This document shows, piece after piece, positions 47,861 to 57,863 of a stretch of DNA of 57,863 nucleotides. The DNA is from Pseudomonadota bacterium (GTDB lineage Bacteria; Bdellovibrionota_F; JAHFAK01; JBDREC01). The stretch spans positions 1 to 57,863 of the forward strand of contig JBDREC010000034.1 of assembly GCA_043820105.1 (NCBI GenBank), read 5' to 3'. The position numbers and the translations under genes are program-made. A model generated the notes under the pieces. It was not told where the DNA came from and did not search any database. It saw only the letters and a program-made list of their open reading frames with translations. How positions within the stretch are numbered: position 1 is the stretch's first letter; every line of letters starts with the position of its first letter.

Positions 47861-48628
47861 TCATGCAGAGGATAAAATATTTGTAAGAATTTTTGTAAAT
47901 TGATCATTGCTTGCAATCATATTCTCTAGATTTCCATTTTTTATATTATTTCCCTGAAAATCAGTTACATGACCACCTGCTTGTCTGATAAGTAAAGTTC
48001 CAGCTGCTACATCCCAATAATTGGCGTGCTCATGCCAAATTCCATCAAATTTCCCACAAGCTGTGTAAGCCATGGCCAGGGCGAGTGATCCCATAACTCT
48101 GACAGATTGACACTCATTATATATTTCGGTTAGTTTTTTCATTGAATTTTTGAAAAATTCACCCCTGTAATAATAATCCCCTGCTCCTAAAACAGCTTCA
48201 GCAAATTCTTTTTTTGAACTGATTTGGATTTCTTTATCATTTAACAAGGAAGGTTTATCTTTTTCGGTATAAAAAAATTCCTTATTAATTGGATTATAAA
48301 TTGCACCGTACTTTATAACATTATCCTCTTCCACAGCAATTGAGATACAAAAGATTGGAATTTTATTTGCATAATTTGTAGTCCCATCTAGAGGATCAAT
48401 TATCCATTTATATTTTTTTCCACTTAGTTCTTCTCCTGATTCTTCACAAATGAAGTCACTTTCAGGGTAATGTTTTTTAATAGTTTCTTTTAAATATTTT
48501 TCAGAGGCAAGGTCTGCTTCTGTTACAAAACCAGCATTTTCTTTTTCTTGTCTTTTTAAATCCTGGTCAAAATAGTGAAGTAAAATTTCTCCTGCTTCAA
48601 GACAAAGATCTTTAATAAATTCTTTCAT
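47861..48628 (-). CDS. suhB: Inositol monophosphatase family protein
   Basis: VTEAD, EE, WIIDPLDGTTNY, WDVAAG. Confidence 0.9.
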   Translation of the reverse strand: MKEFIKDLCLEAGEILLHYFDQDLKRQEKENAGFVTEADLASEKYLKETIKKHYPESDFICEESGEELSGKKYKWIIDPLDGTTNYANKIPIFCISIAVEEDNVIKYGAIYNPINKEFFYTEKDKPSLLNDKEIQISSKKEFAEAVLGAGDYYYRGEFFKNSMKKLTEIYNECQSVRVMGSLALAMAYTACGKFDGIWHEHANYWDVAAGTLLIRQAGGHVTDFQGNNIKNGNLENMIASNDQFTKILTNILSSA

Positions 48629-48640
48629 AAATAATTCCTT

Positions 48641-51600
48641 TTACTCATTAAAAATATTATCTAATTCATTTATTAATACTAAAGAAGGTTTATGCTCAAA
48701 CACTCCAAAATCAGGCCCAACATCTTTATCAATCCCTCTCAAAAACATATAAAAACATCCACCAAAATCCTTAGCATAATCATAATCCTTAATCCTAATC
48801 CCAAGATACTTATGTAAAGCATAGGCATATAAATCACACTGATATAAATAATTATTTTCAATCATACACTTAGTAAGGCTTGCTTGATTATAATCAATAA
48901 GCTCATTTCCAAGATAATTTGATTTCCAATCAAGCAAATAATACTTATTATTATGCCTAAATATTAGATCAATAAATCCAGTAAAAAAACCCTCATATTG
49001 TGAAAATCCAATTTCGTTTATCATAGTTTCATGTTTTTTGAAAATTGCATTGAATTTATGTGGATTAACATCCTCAGCTTTAAAATAAAACTCCAGCTCA
49101 TTTATCTTATCTTCTTTTTTAATATGCTTAAGCAATAGGTCTTCATGTTTATAAGAAAGCTGACATGATAATACATTTATAATCATCTTACTTATAATCT
49201 TTACCCACTTAACATCAAAGTTATAGGCTTTTAATTTCATTTCAGCAAAAGTGTTTATCTTTTCTTCAACTATTTCAGAATAATCAATATTCTCAAATAT
49301 ATCATGCATAAAATTGCCAGCATAGGCACCTTTGGGAAAAGTAAAAATATTACTTTCTAAAAAGTCCTCTTTGGGTGTGGGTTGATTAGCTTGATTATCC
49401 TCAATTAGCTGCCAATTTTTTTTATTTTCTGAAGCCAGGTGGCTAAAACTAGAAATTCTCCAATTTTTAAATTCTGTTCTTTTGGTTTTAGCTAAAATTA
49501 GCTCTTCTTTGTTTTCTAATTGCTCAGAAAAGCATTGAAACTCAAGGTCTCCAATTCTGTTAATAGCTATAAGACCTTTGCTATTTTCTGATATCTTTTT
49601 TAAATCATCTTCTAGTTGATCATCACTTAGAGTCTTATAATTTTCTTCTATTTTTTCCAGATCAAATTCATTTTGCATTAGCTTTCCACAGTGCAATAAA
49701 TAAGATAAAGCTGAACTTTCAGCGCCTTTTATTTTTCCCCAGACCATGTATAATTTGCTTTTAGCGCGAGTCATAGCAACATATAAAAGTCTTAAATTTT
49801 CAGCTAAATCTTGTTTGTTTAGTTTAGCTATGCTTGAGCTATCATTATCTATATTAAGATCAAGAATATTTATTTTTTGTTTTTGATCATAGTACAAAAT
49901 CTCTTTACCTTTTCTCATTCCATGAAATAAAAAAGGCAAAAAAACTATAGGAAACTCAAGTCCTTTGCTTTTATGAATAGTAAGAATTTTTACAGCCTGT
50001 TCATCACTTTCAAGTCTAAGTAGGTGTTCATCATTAGAGATTTCTGGATTTTCTATTTTTTCAAGAAGCCACTTATTCAACCTCATTCTATGTGATTTAT
50101 TTTCTAAACTGGCCTTATGAAGCAATTCTGAAAGATGTTGAAGATTAACAAGTCTTCTCTTGCGATTTGGAAGTTTAGCTAATTTGCTTAAAACCTTTTC
50201 CTGTTTAAGCAATAAAGAATAAAATTTAATAAAACTTTTATTAATTAAAATATCATTATAGGATTCAAAACGTTCTTGAATTTCCAGGTATTTCTCTTCG
50301 CTCATAGCATCCAGATCTTCAAGGGAATATGACAGCATATCAGTAAATAGTGCTGTTTTGATATTTTTGCTATTTTGTGGCCATAAAACAGCGTTTAAAA
50401 CATACAAAAACTCAGAAGCTTCTTTGCTTTCAAAAACGTTTCCAATATCAAATATAATTGAAGGTACCTTAGCCATTAAAAGTGCTTTTTGAATCAATAA
50501 AGCTTCTTTATTTTCTCTAACTAAAATAGCTATATCCCTTGGTTTTACCTTTTTCCCATCAATTAGTGCTTCTTTTTTTTGGCCTTTATTTAACAAGTTT
50601 ACTATTTTTTGAGCAAAGCATTGACTAATTAGCTCTTTAGCGTCTGATTTTATATAATAGTTTTCCTCATTATTTGGAAGCAGATAAAACTCAAGTGCAG
50701 CTTCGGTTTTTTTATTAATAGTAAGACAAAAATCATTATTATCCCTAGTTTCAACTTCATGAAAAGTTAGATCCTTCATTAGAAATGGGTTTTCAATATC
50801 TTTCCAAATTATGCTTATTGCCTTAGTCAACTTTGCATTACTACGCCAATTCTTTTGCAAAGTATACTTGCTTGATGCATTTTTTGAAGCCTCAAGATAG
50901 GTATACAAATCAGCGCCTCTGAAAGAATAAATGGATTGTTTGGGATCACCAATTAAAAACAAAGGAATTTTATTTAAAACAAATAGTTTATTAAATATTT
51001 CATACTGATAATTATCTGTATCTTGAAACTCATCAATTAAAGCAGCTTCATAATTATCTATAATAGCTTTTGTTAAGTGCTTATTATTATCTGAATTTAT
51101 AGCCGTATTTAATCTAATTAACAAATCATCAAAAAACATTTCGTTATTGTCTTGTTTCTTATTTTTAAGGTCTTCTTTAATACCTAGCAAATATTTATAT
51201 TTAATATATGATAGTTTTTTATCAAAAGCACTTACAAGACTTTTTTTTATTTCGCAAAATTCATCAACATATTTAAAAAAGTTATTTGGATGATACTCAA
51301 ATCCCTTATTTATAGCATGTTGCATATTGCTTGCTGAGAGTTTTTCAATATTAACATTTTTTAATAACAAAATTTCATCTGTTTTAAATATAGTATGAAG
51401 CTGCATTAATAATAACTTTAAAGTAGATGTGCGATATTTCCCCCTATTTAAGCCTTTATAGTTAAAAATAAAATCATATATATTTTCTTCATATTCAAAA
51501 TACAAAGATTTTAATTTTATATAAGCGTCTTTATATTTGTCCTCATATTCATTAGTATCTTCATCTTTGAGTTTGGGAATAATTTTAAATTCAGGGCGTT

Positions 51601-52171
51601 TTAGGCTAATGGTTGAAAGTCGGATAAGATCTTCAATATTAAAGTTTACATCTAAAACATAATCAACAAACAGCCCATGTTCAGCATAAATATTTTTCCT
51701 GTAATAATCTAAAGCAAGCTCTTTAATAATATTAGTTTGTTCTGTAATCATATCTACTTCGAACAAACTACCACTTTCTAAAGAAAAGTTTTGTAAAACC
51801 CTTGCGCAGAAGCCATGAATTGTAAATATTTGGGCATCATTAAAATCAAGCATTGCGCGTTTTAAATTTATTTTACCTTCAACACTTGCATTATTGACTA
51901 TTGATGCTAGATATTCATCTTTTATAACCTCGCCTTTATGCAAAAATTTAAAGGCTTGCCTTATCCTTTCAAGAATTCTTTCTTTTAATTCAAAGGTGGC
52001 TGCATTTGTAAAAGTAACAACTAATATTTTATTAACAGGAATGTTCTTTTCAATTAATAGCCGAAGAAATAAAGAAGTAAGTGCATAAGTTTTTCCACAG
52101 CCAGCGCTTGCTTCAATTAAATGCAAACCTGCAAGGGATGTATTTTCTATTTCAAACTTAGTAAAGGCCAT
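48641..52171 (-). CDS. recB: Exodeoxyribonuclease V beta subunit
   Basis: EASAGCGKT, DEFQDTD, GDPKQSIY.FRGAD, TIHKSKGLEF, nuclease motif IDL..DWKSN. Confidence 0.95.
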   Translation of the reverse strand: MAFTKFEIENTSLAGLHLIEASAGCGKTYALTSLFLRLLIEKNIPVNKILVVTFTNAATFELKERILERIRQAFKFLHKGEVIKDEYLASIVNNASVEGKINLKRAMLDFNDAQIFTIHGFCARVLQNFSLESGSLFEVDMITEQTNIIKELALDYYRKNIYAEHGLFVDYVLDVNFNIEDLIRLSTISLKRPEFKIIPKLKDEDTNEYEDKYKDAYIKLKSLYFEYEENIYDFIFNYKGLNRGKYRTSTLKLLLMQLHTIFKTDEILLLKNVNIEKLSASNMQHAINKGFEYHPNNFFKYVDEFCEIKKSLVSAFDKKLSYIKYKYLLGIKEDLKNKKQDNNEMFFDDLLIRLNTAINSDNNKHLTKAIIDNYEAALIDEFQDTDNYQYEIFNKLFVLNKIPLFLIGDPKQSIYSFRGADLYTYLEASKNASSKYTLQKNWRSNAKLTKAISIIWKDIENPFLMKDLTFHEVETRDNNDFCLTINKKTEAALEFYLLPNNEENYYIKSDAKELISQCFAQKIVNLLNKGQKKEALIDGKKVKPRDIAILVRENKEALLIQKALLMAKVPSIIFDIGNVFESKEASEFLYVLNAVLWPQNSKNIKTALFTDMLSYSLEDLDAMSEEKYLEIQERFESYNDILINKSFIKFYSLLLKQEKVLSKLAKLPNRKRRLVNLQHLSELLHKASLENKSHRMRLNKWLLEKIENPEISNDEHLLRLESDEQAVKILTIHKSKGLEFPIVFLPFLFHGMRKGKEILYYDQKQKINILDLNIDNDSSSIAKLNKQDLAENLRLLYVAMTRAKSKLYMVWGKIKGAESSALSYLLHCGKLMQNEFDLEKIEENYKTLSDDQLEDDLKKISENSKGLIAINRIGDLEFQCFSEQLENKEELILAKTKRTEFKNWRISSFSHLASENKKNWQLIEDNQANQPTPKEDFLESNIFTFPKGAYAGNFMHDIFENIDYSEIVEEKINTFAEMKLKAYNFDVKWVKIISKMIINVLSCQLSYKHEDLLLKHIKKEDKINELEFYFKAEDVNPHKFNAIFKKHETMINEIGFSQYEGFFTGFIDLIFRHNNKYYLLDWKSNYLGNELIDYNQASLTKCMIENNYLYQCDLYAYALHKYLGIRIKDYDYAKDFGGCFYMFLRGIDKDVGPDFGVFEHKPSLVLINELDNIFNE

Positions 52172-55100
52172 TATAATTTTATATCCTCTTTAATCTCATA
52201 AATTGGTTTAAATATTTTCAAGGAAATATCTTTAAAATTATTATTATTAAAATCAAAATTATTAAAAAACTTTTTATAGTAAATATTATTAGCTTCTGAA
52301 TACTCCTGATAATTGTTCATCCAAAATTTCCTTACACTATTAACAGCTTTTTGTTCATTTTCTCCTTTTATAATGGCATTTGCATATCTGTAAGAAGCTT
52401 CAGGAAAAAACGGAATAATTATACACATACCTTTTAAATATATTGAAATGAATTCATCTAAAACTTTTTTGGGATCAGTAATCTTATTCAACTTAATTAT
52501 TTTTTCTTCTGTAATGATATATGTTTCTTTTTCTACTTCAGTTTCATTGCTCATACATAAAAAAAGATGATTAATAAAAGCTTTTAAAATATACTTTTGG
52601 GATATCTTGCCACTTGGAAAGCTTACCTGACCAATATTATATATTGAGCTTAGGCTTCCTTTAATTTTAAGTTTATTTATTGAAAGCTCAAATTGTATAT
52701 CAGGCCTTTTTTCATTTATATTTAGTTTTTTAATATTTTCTTTTATTATTGAAACTGAATTGCCTAAGTTTGCATAACAAGCTTTTCCGATTTCCCCATG
52801 GGGTAAAAGGCCCATTGTCTTAATATTTTCATATCTGTTGTCTTCTTCATTTAAATCAACAATACTTTTTAAAAGTTTTTCTAAAACTTTATATTTAGAT
52901 AGGCTTTCTAGTCTTAGAGGCTCCACTTCAGAAAGTAATTCATTTTTTAATTCCAGATAAATATTAAAACGCTTATTTAAGAAATGCTTACTAGGATTAG
53001 AATAAAAGTTTACTAAATCTTTCAAATCAAGTTCTTCAAAAGACTTTCCTATTTCAGGAAATTCTATTTCCCCTAAAATATTAGAATCACTTGTGTGCTG
53101 ACTTATTAATTCTCTAGCTATATTAAAACTATCTACAGAGTAATTTATAAATTTAGAGTTTTCATGAAAGTAAAGGCTTGAAAAACTTGATATTGGATGC
53201 TTGTAAAAAATGGATTCAACTAAAATCCTATCTTTTATAAAATAATTACTTTCAATATAATCCAAGATATTATCAACAAGACCTGAAGGCAATTTCATTG
53301 AGTTATCTTTTACATCCTGCCCCTGATAACTTATAAATAACTTATTTCTAGCTGAAAGCAATGATTCAAGAAAAATATAGGAATCATCTCTTTTTCGATC
53401 TCTATCACAAACAAAACGCTTTTTTGCCATCAGATCAAAAGATAGTTTTTGTGATAAGCGAGGATACTTACCTGCATCCATTCCAATCAAACAAATTACC
53501 TTTGCAGGAATAGATCTTAGAGGCAATAAAGAGCAAAAAGTAATACCTCTTGATAAAAAGCCAGAATAAGCTTTTTCGTTGTTTAATTCATCTTTAAATA
53601 AAGCAAACATTGTTTCAAAGTTAAGCTCTTTGATAAAAGCTGTTTTTGTAGAATTATCTTCAAGCTTATTAAAAATAGCTAATATATTTTCTTTAACATC
53701 TGCCTCATTGTCCAAGACTTCAAAAAACTCATCAAGAATTTCTCTAAAAAGTGTGAGCCATGAAGAAACAGTTTTTTCATGGTTGAATTTTTCAGTATAG
53801 AAAAAGAGTTTATCTAAATATTTATTAAAGCTATCTATTAGTTTGGGCTTTGCTTGAATAAGCGAGACTTCCTTTTCATCGATTATTATTTTTCTTTCAT
53901 TGAACAATTGAATTAGTCTGTTTTTACCAGACTCCCAGGTATTTTCTTTAGTAGTAGGAAGCTTGAATTTTCGCTTAAAATCTCCATTTATTCCCCAAAA
54001 TATTTTAGCCTCACACACGAGATCTTTAATAATAATTATCTCATTTAGACTTAAGCCAAATCTTATTCGAACAGATCTTGTCTCAAGAAAGTCCATTACC
54101 TCCTGAGAGGTAAATCTAGCTTTTTCAAAAGCAAAAAGCATAAAAATTGCTTGCACAAGTTCAGAACAACTAGAGTATGAATTATCAGAAATCGAATATG
54201 CAATTTTAGAATTATTATTTGCTTCTAATTCAAAATTTGCCTCAATATGTGGCACATATTCTTCAATATCTGGAGCCATGACAATTATATCCTTAGCTTC
54301 AAGATCTTTATCCTTTTCAAAACATGAAAGAAGGTACTGATACAAAACCTCTATTTCACGCATTTTTGAATGAACAGAATGAACTTGAATCGAATCGTCA
54401 AATTCAGCTATTTCATGCTTTTCATTATTATTAGCTAGATTGAAAATATCATTTTGAATACAGGATAATAATGTTTGCCTTGGTGGCTCTGTAAATATTG
54501 AAATATCTTCAGAGCAATCTTTATATAAATTAAATAAAAATTCTTTGCCAAGCTGTCCCAGGAATGACAAAAGATCATTTCCTGATTCAAAATATAGTTC
54601 TTCTGATTCATATTTTGCTGCAACAATATCAAACCAATAATGTGCGCATGGATTAAGGCAGTAAAAATTAACCTCTGAAAAGGCAGATAAGGCTCGAAAA
54701 ATTTCAAGATGAAATAAGGTCATGTATGAAATTCCAAAAATATTTATTTGCTTTGGAAGTTTTTCTATGCCCTGCCCTGATGATAAATGCTGCATAAAAC
54801 TATTTTTTACTTTTCCCATATGTTGAAAATTTCCATCGCTCGCAATTTGGTAAAAAAGTTGGCTTTGCCAGGAAGTATCTTTTTGATTTTCCCACAGCTT
54901 GATCATTTCAGGTCTATAAAATATATATTGATCAAATAGATGTGCAAGTTTTCTTGAAAATTGATATGCTTTTAGTTCAGTGTTCCCATCTGCTAAATAA
55001 GAACTTAATATCTCTATATTGCTAAAGCTATCCTCTTTTATATTTTTAAAAAGCTTCCAAAAAATAATTTCCTTATCTAAAAGAAAGTCTTTGGAAAAAT

Positions 55101-55338
55101 CTGAATTAAATTGTGAAAATAGTTTTGAAATAAAATGTGAAGGAAAGCAAAAGTCAATATTTGCGCAAACTGGTAAATTTTCTGCTATTTGTAATGAAAG
55201 CCATTTTTGCATTCCTTTGCTTTGAACAATTATTGAGTGTGATTTTAAAAGATCAGCATCAAAAAAATCAAAATTCTTGCATAATTCTGCTGATAGATTT
55301 TCAAGCTTATTACTGGCAAATAGGCGCAGACCTGACAT
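52171..55338 (-). CDS. recC: Exodeoxyribonuclease V gamma subunit
   Basis: SNKLENL, VQSKGMQKWL, FDQY..YRPEMI, LNPC..YW, PLRSIP. Confidence 0.93.
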   Translation of the reverse strand: MSGLRLFASNKLENLSAELCKNFDFFDADLLKSHSIIVQSKGMQKWLSLQIAENLPVCANIDFCFPSHFISKLFSQFNSDFSKDFLLDKEIIFWKLFKNIKEDSFSNIEILSSYLADGNTELKAYQFSRKLAHLFDQYIFYRPEMIKLWENQKDTSWQSQLFYQIASDGNFQHMGKVKNSFMQHLSSGQGIEKLPKQINIFGISYMTLFHLEIFRALSAFSEVNFYCLNPCAHYWFDIVAAKYESEELYFESGNDLLSFLGQLGKEFLFNLYKDCSEDISIFTEPPRQTLLSCIQNDIFNLANNNEKHEIAEFDDSIQVHSVHSKMREIEVLYQYLLSCFEKDKDLEAKDIIVMAPDIEEYVPHIEANFELEANNNSKIAYSISDNSYSSCSELVQAIFMLFAFEKARFTSQEVMDFLETRSVRIRFGLSLNEIIIIKDLVCEAKIFWGINGDFKRKFKLPTTKENTWESGKNRLIQLFNERKIIIDEKEVSLIQAKPKLIDSFNKYLDKLFFYTEKFNHEKTVSSWLTLFREILDEFFEVLDNEADVKENILAIFNKLEDNSTKTAFIKELNFETMFALFKDELNNEKAYSGFLSRGITFCSLLPLRSIPAKVICLIGMDAGKYPRLSQKLSFDLMAKKRFVCDRDRKRDDSYIFLESLLSARNKLFISYQGQDVKDNSMKLPSGLVDNILDYIESNYFIKDRILVESIFYKHPISSFSSLYFHENSKFINYSVDSFNIARELISQHTSDSNILGEIEFPEIGKSFEELDLKDLVNFYSNPSKHFLNKRFNIYLELKNELLSEVEPLRLESLSKYKVLEKLLKSIVDLNEEDNRYENIKTMGLLPHGEIGKACYANLGNSVSIIKENIKKLNINEKRPDIQFELSINKLKIKGSLSSIYNIGQVSFPSGKISQKYILKAFINHLFLCMSNETEVEKETYIITEEKIIKLNKITDPKKVLDEFISIYLKGMCIIIPFFPEASYRYANAIIKGENEQKAVNSVRKFWMNNYQEYSEANNIYYKKFFNNFDFNNNNFKDISLKIFKPIYEIKEDIKL

Positions 55339-55380
55339 ATATTTTAACTTAGTTTAATTTGCTAATAAGCAAAAACTAAA

Positions 55381-55563
55381 TTATTTCTTAGGAAAATGAA
55401 AGGAAAATATTGGACTCGAATTGTTCTGTTGAAATTTAAAACCAGTTGAGGGTATCGATAATGAGGGTTTGTAAGATAAAACAACAGCCAAGGCAATAAA
55501 AAGTAAAATTAAATAGATCATGTCTTTATGGGTCTTTAGACATTTACCCAATTTTAGATTCAT
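55381..55563 (-). CDS. Small membrane protein, hypothetical
   Basis: GAGG RBS, one hydrophobic helix. Confidence 0.4.
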   Translation of the reverse strand: MNLKLGKCLKTHKDMIYLILLFIALAVVLSYKPSLSIPSTGFKFQQNNSSPIFSFHFPKK

Positions 55564-55744
55564 TTGGAATTCCTCGCAAACCTTGAAATATTTTTTCTAA
55601 TTCAAAAATGACCGGGGATCTAACTCTTATTATAATATATTCGTAAGAATAATACTATTAAAAAGTGGAATTATATTAATAATTTTGGAGTAATATTGCA
55701 AATAAATAAAATTGAACAAAAATTATCACACCACTTACCGCTTA

Positions 55745-56320
55745 TCAAAGACCAATCTCATCAGATATTGACTTCATAGCTTCTAACGCGATTTCAAAGA
55801 AGTGTTTTCGGTCTAAGCCTATTTTCTCTATGTCATTAATAAGTCCACGATCAACTGACGCTGCGAAATGTCTGTCTTTAAATTTCTTTGTCAAACTCTT
55901 TGCATTGGCTCCATCAAGGTTCTTGTTTGGTCTCATAAGAGCATAGGCATAAATTAGTCCTGTTGCGTTTTCGCCAGCAGCTAAGGCATAATCAAGTTTT
56001 GACTCTCTTTTATAAGTGGTATAACCAAGGTTTTCAGCATGACAGGCTATTGCCTTTGATATTTCAGGCAGTTCATAGCCCTCTTCCTTTAATATATCAA
56101 GGGCCTGTAAGCCATGCTTTGTAAAGTCATGATTAATCACTTCCAAATCAATATCATGTAAAAGCCCAGCTAATGCCCAGGTTTCTGCATCTTCACCAAG
56201 TTCTTTTGCAATAGCTTCGAGAACAACTTCAGATTCTCTGCAATGATCAAGAAGTTTTGGATCTTTTAGATATTTTTTTAATAGATTTCTTGCTTCTTCA
56301 CGCTTTATATATGTTTTCAT
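55745..56320 (-). CDS. HD-domain (HDIG-like) metal-dependent phosphohydrolase
   Basis: H..E, GLLHDID, HG, FAASVDR. Confidence 0.88.
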   Translation of the reverse strand: MKTYIKREEARNLLKKYLKDPKLLDHCRESEVVLEAIAKELGEDAETWALAGLLHDIDLEVINHDFTKHGLQALDILKEEGYELPEISKAIACHAENLGYTTYKRESKLDYALAAGENATGLIYAYALMRPNKNLDGANAKSLTKKFKDRHFAASVDRGLINDIEKIGLDRKHFFEIALEAMKSISDEIGL

Positions 56321-56339
56321 TGGGTCTCCTATAAAAAGT

Positions 56340-56375
56340 CACCAGAGCGCCAGAACACCAGACACCAGACACCAG
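56340..56375 (+). repeat. Heptamer tandem repeat (ACACCAG)n
   Basis: Seen directly in the intergenic region. Confidence 0.7.
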
Positions 56376-56400
56376 GAACTCCTAGTTATTAAGAATTATA

Positions 56401-57057
56401 TCATAAGATAAATGTCTTTGTCTGACTGGCCATAGCATAATTAATAAGCATTTTTTTAAATATTTCAAGGTATTCAGATAGTTTTTCATTGGAAATTATT
56501 TCGTTATTTGAATAAATTATTCCAAAAACTGAGTTTGTGTTTTCTGTTATTTTGCCTTCCATTGAGTCTTTGATTGGATTGCCCATTGGAATTGAAACAT
56601 TTTCATCACCTGAACAGGTGCAAATAAGGCCCTTAAGTTTAATCTCTTGTCCTCCTTGATTAAAAACATAGGATTCATCTTCTTTGCCCTGCCTAATTAG
56701 CACATTCTCTGAAAGCTTATCAAAATCAAGCAGGCTTATTGGAAGTCCACTTAATAAAGAAACATAATTATTAATATCCACAAGATTATTAATAAAAGGA
56801 AAGCGATCTTCACGGGCAGCTTGAGCTAAATACTCACTAGCTGGTTTATTTCTTCCTGTTGGCTTAAAACCACCTGTTTTCAGTAAATCCCGAATTCCTT
56901 TTTTTAATTCAGGATCAAATTCTTCTTGTGATTTAGTTATAATAAGAGCTTTTAAATCTCTTGTTAAGTCAGAATCACTTTCATTTAATTTTATATTTTT
57001 GGCAACAACAACAGCACAAGACAAATTAATTTCTTTTAACTTATTTATAATATTCAT
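56401..57057 (-). CDS. Standalone B3/4 (PheT editing-like) domain protein
   Basis: GFKPTGRNKPASEYL, INNLVDINN..SL..GLPISLLD. Confidence 0.82.
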   Translation of the reverse strand: MNIINKLKEINLSCAVVVAKNIKLNESDSDLTRDLKALIITKSQEEFDPELKKGIRDLLKTGGFKPTGRNKPASEYLAQAAREDRFPFINNLVDINNYVSLLSGLPISLLDFDKLSENVLIRQGKEDESYVFNQGGQEIKLKGLICTCSGDENVSIPMGNPIKDSMEGKITENTNSVFGIIYSNNEIISNEKLSEYLEIFKKMLINYAMASQTKTFIL

Positions 57058-57228
57058 ATTTTTCCATAGATTTGTTTAATTAAGCTAATTGATATAAATG
57101 ATATAAAAAAAAAAGATCAAGATTTTTTTAAAATATTTGATACTTTATTAACTAGTTTCAGAAATAATTATTTACTTCTGCATATTATTAATTTATTAGT
57201 TTAGCACTTCAAATATCACGGAAAAGTT

Positions 57229-57603
57229 ATGGAATTGATGTTTAAGATGAATTTCAAATTAATATTATTTTTTATTATTTTTCTATTTTTTTTCACAGTC
57301 TGTGGTAATAATTCTGAGGACACTGGAACAACCAATGCAACAGACTCACAAGATGATAATCTCGTCTTACTTACAATATCTGTAAACCCTCCTGGAGCCG
57401 GCATTATTAGCCCATCAATTGGATCATATGAATTGGAAACAGAAAGCTTGCAAAGTCTGAGTGCAACAGCAAATCCAGGCTATATTTTCTCAAACTGGAC
57501 AGCAGCTGGAAGTGCTACTATTTCAAGTACTCAAGCTGCTACGACCACAATAACACTTTTTTCAGACACAGTAGTAACTGCAAGTTTTACAGAATTACCA
57601 TAA
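57229..57603 (+). CDS. Small exported protein with one InlB-B/Flg_new-like repeat
   Basis: Signal peptide; ATANPGYIFSNWT..VTASF. Confidence 0.6.
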   Translation: MELMFKMNFKLILFFIIFLFFFTVCGNNSEDTGTTNATDSQDDNLVLLTISVNPPGAGIISPSIGSYELETESLQSLSATANPGYIFSNWTAAGSATISSTQAATTTITLFSDTVVTASFTELP

Positions 57604-57734
57604 CTCAATATAATTTTGGCTCATCTCCATTTTGAGTACCCACCAAGAATAATTATTCTGAAAATATAAAACACTGTTCTATCTATTCCATGATATTCAA
57701 ATTGAAATAAATATTTCTATACATGAAACCATTG

Positions 57735-57786
57735 GATTAATCTTAGGATTATGATTATGATTAGGATTAAGATGAGGTTAATGATT
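57735..57786 (+). repeat. Degenerate hexamer tandem repeat (GATTAN)n
   Basis: GGATTAATCTTAGGATTATGATTATGATTAGGATTAAG. Confidence 0.55.
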
Positions 57787-57863
57787 TTTTGTGCTCTTCT
57801 TCTCAGATTTAACTGAAAACTGCTGCTCTATTGTTTAGGTATTCAAATTGGAGATGATCCATA

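Noticed and set aside
2732..57404. Many 60-125 aa ORFs overlapping longer genes (e.g. 2732, 3265, 8222, 10705, 22596, 26419, 41569, 42217, 51894)
   Set aside because: Antisense or alternative-frame shadows of well-supported CDSs, with no RBS or motifs
1..57863. CRISPR array, tRNA or rRNA genes
   Set aside because: No regularly spaced repeat-spacer units or recognisable structural RNA genes; the repeats seen are short tandem or palindromic

Overview
AT-rich chromosomal window from a diderm bacterium (TonB system, lipoproteins, sigma54); the taxon cannot be fixed from sequence alone. The left ~32 kb is an accessory region full of secreted or lipoprotein orphans. Nine sigma54 -24/-12 motifs (GG-N10-GC) lie in front of genes in the window, and a tandem 14-bp palindrome (TTCCA-N4-TGGAA, copies 20 bp apart) recurs at five sites. 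Two candidate RiPP systems are present. (1) A rSAM/SPASM maturase, a 69-aa precursor with seven aromatic-X-X motifs, an ABC exporter and a DUF364/ADP-ribosyltransferase-like fusion. (2) A 63-aa signal-peptide-bearing peptide and a YydG/EpeE-like rSAM epimerase, lying in line with a Cache-domain hybrid kinase and an NtrC-type sigma54 activator; this is a possible D-amino-acid peptide signalling circuit controlling a secretome. The 27.7-37 kb stretch holds gene remnants (IS1380-like, Y1/RAYT, AbiEii-like, nikR, pilin, Kelch), a pair of structured palindromes and a nikMNQO nickel ECF transporter. The right part is mostly housekeeping: a TtpC-type TonB cluster, tal, suhB, recC-recB, and HD and B3/4 proteins, with many inverted heptamer repeats between genes. 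All family calls come from motif recognition by eye, not from database searches.
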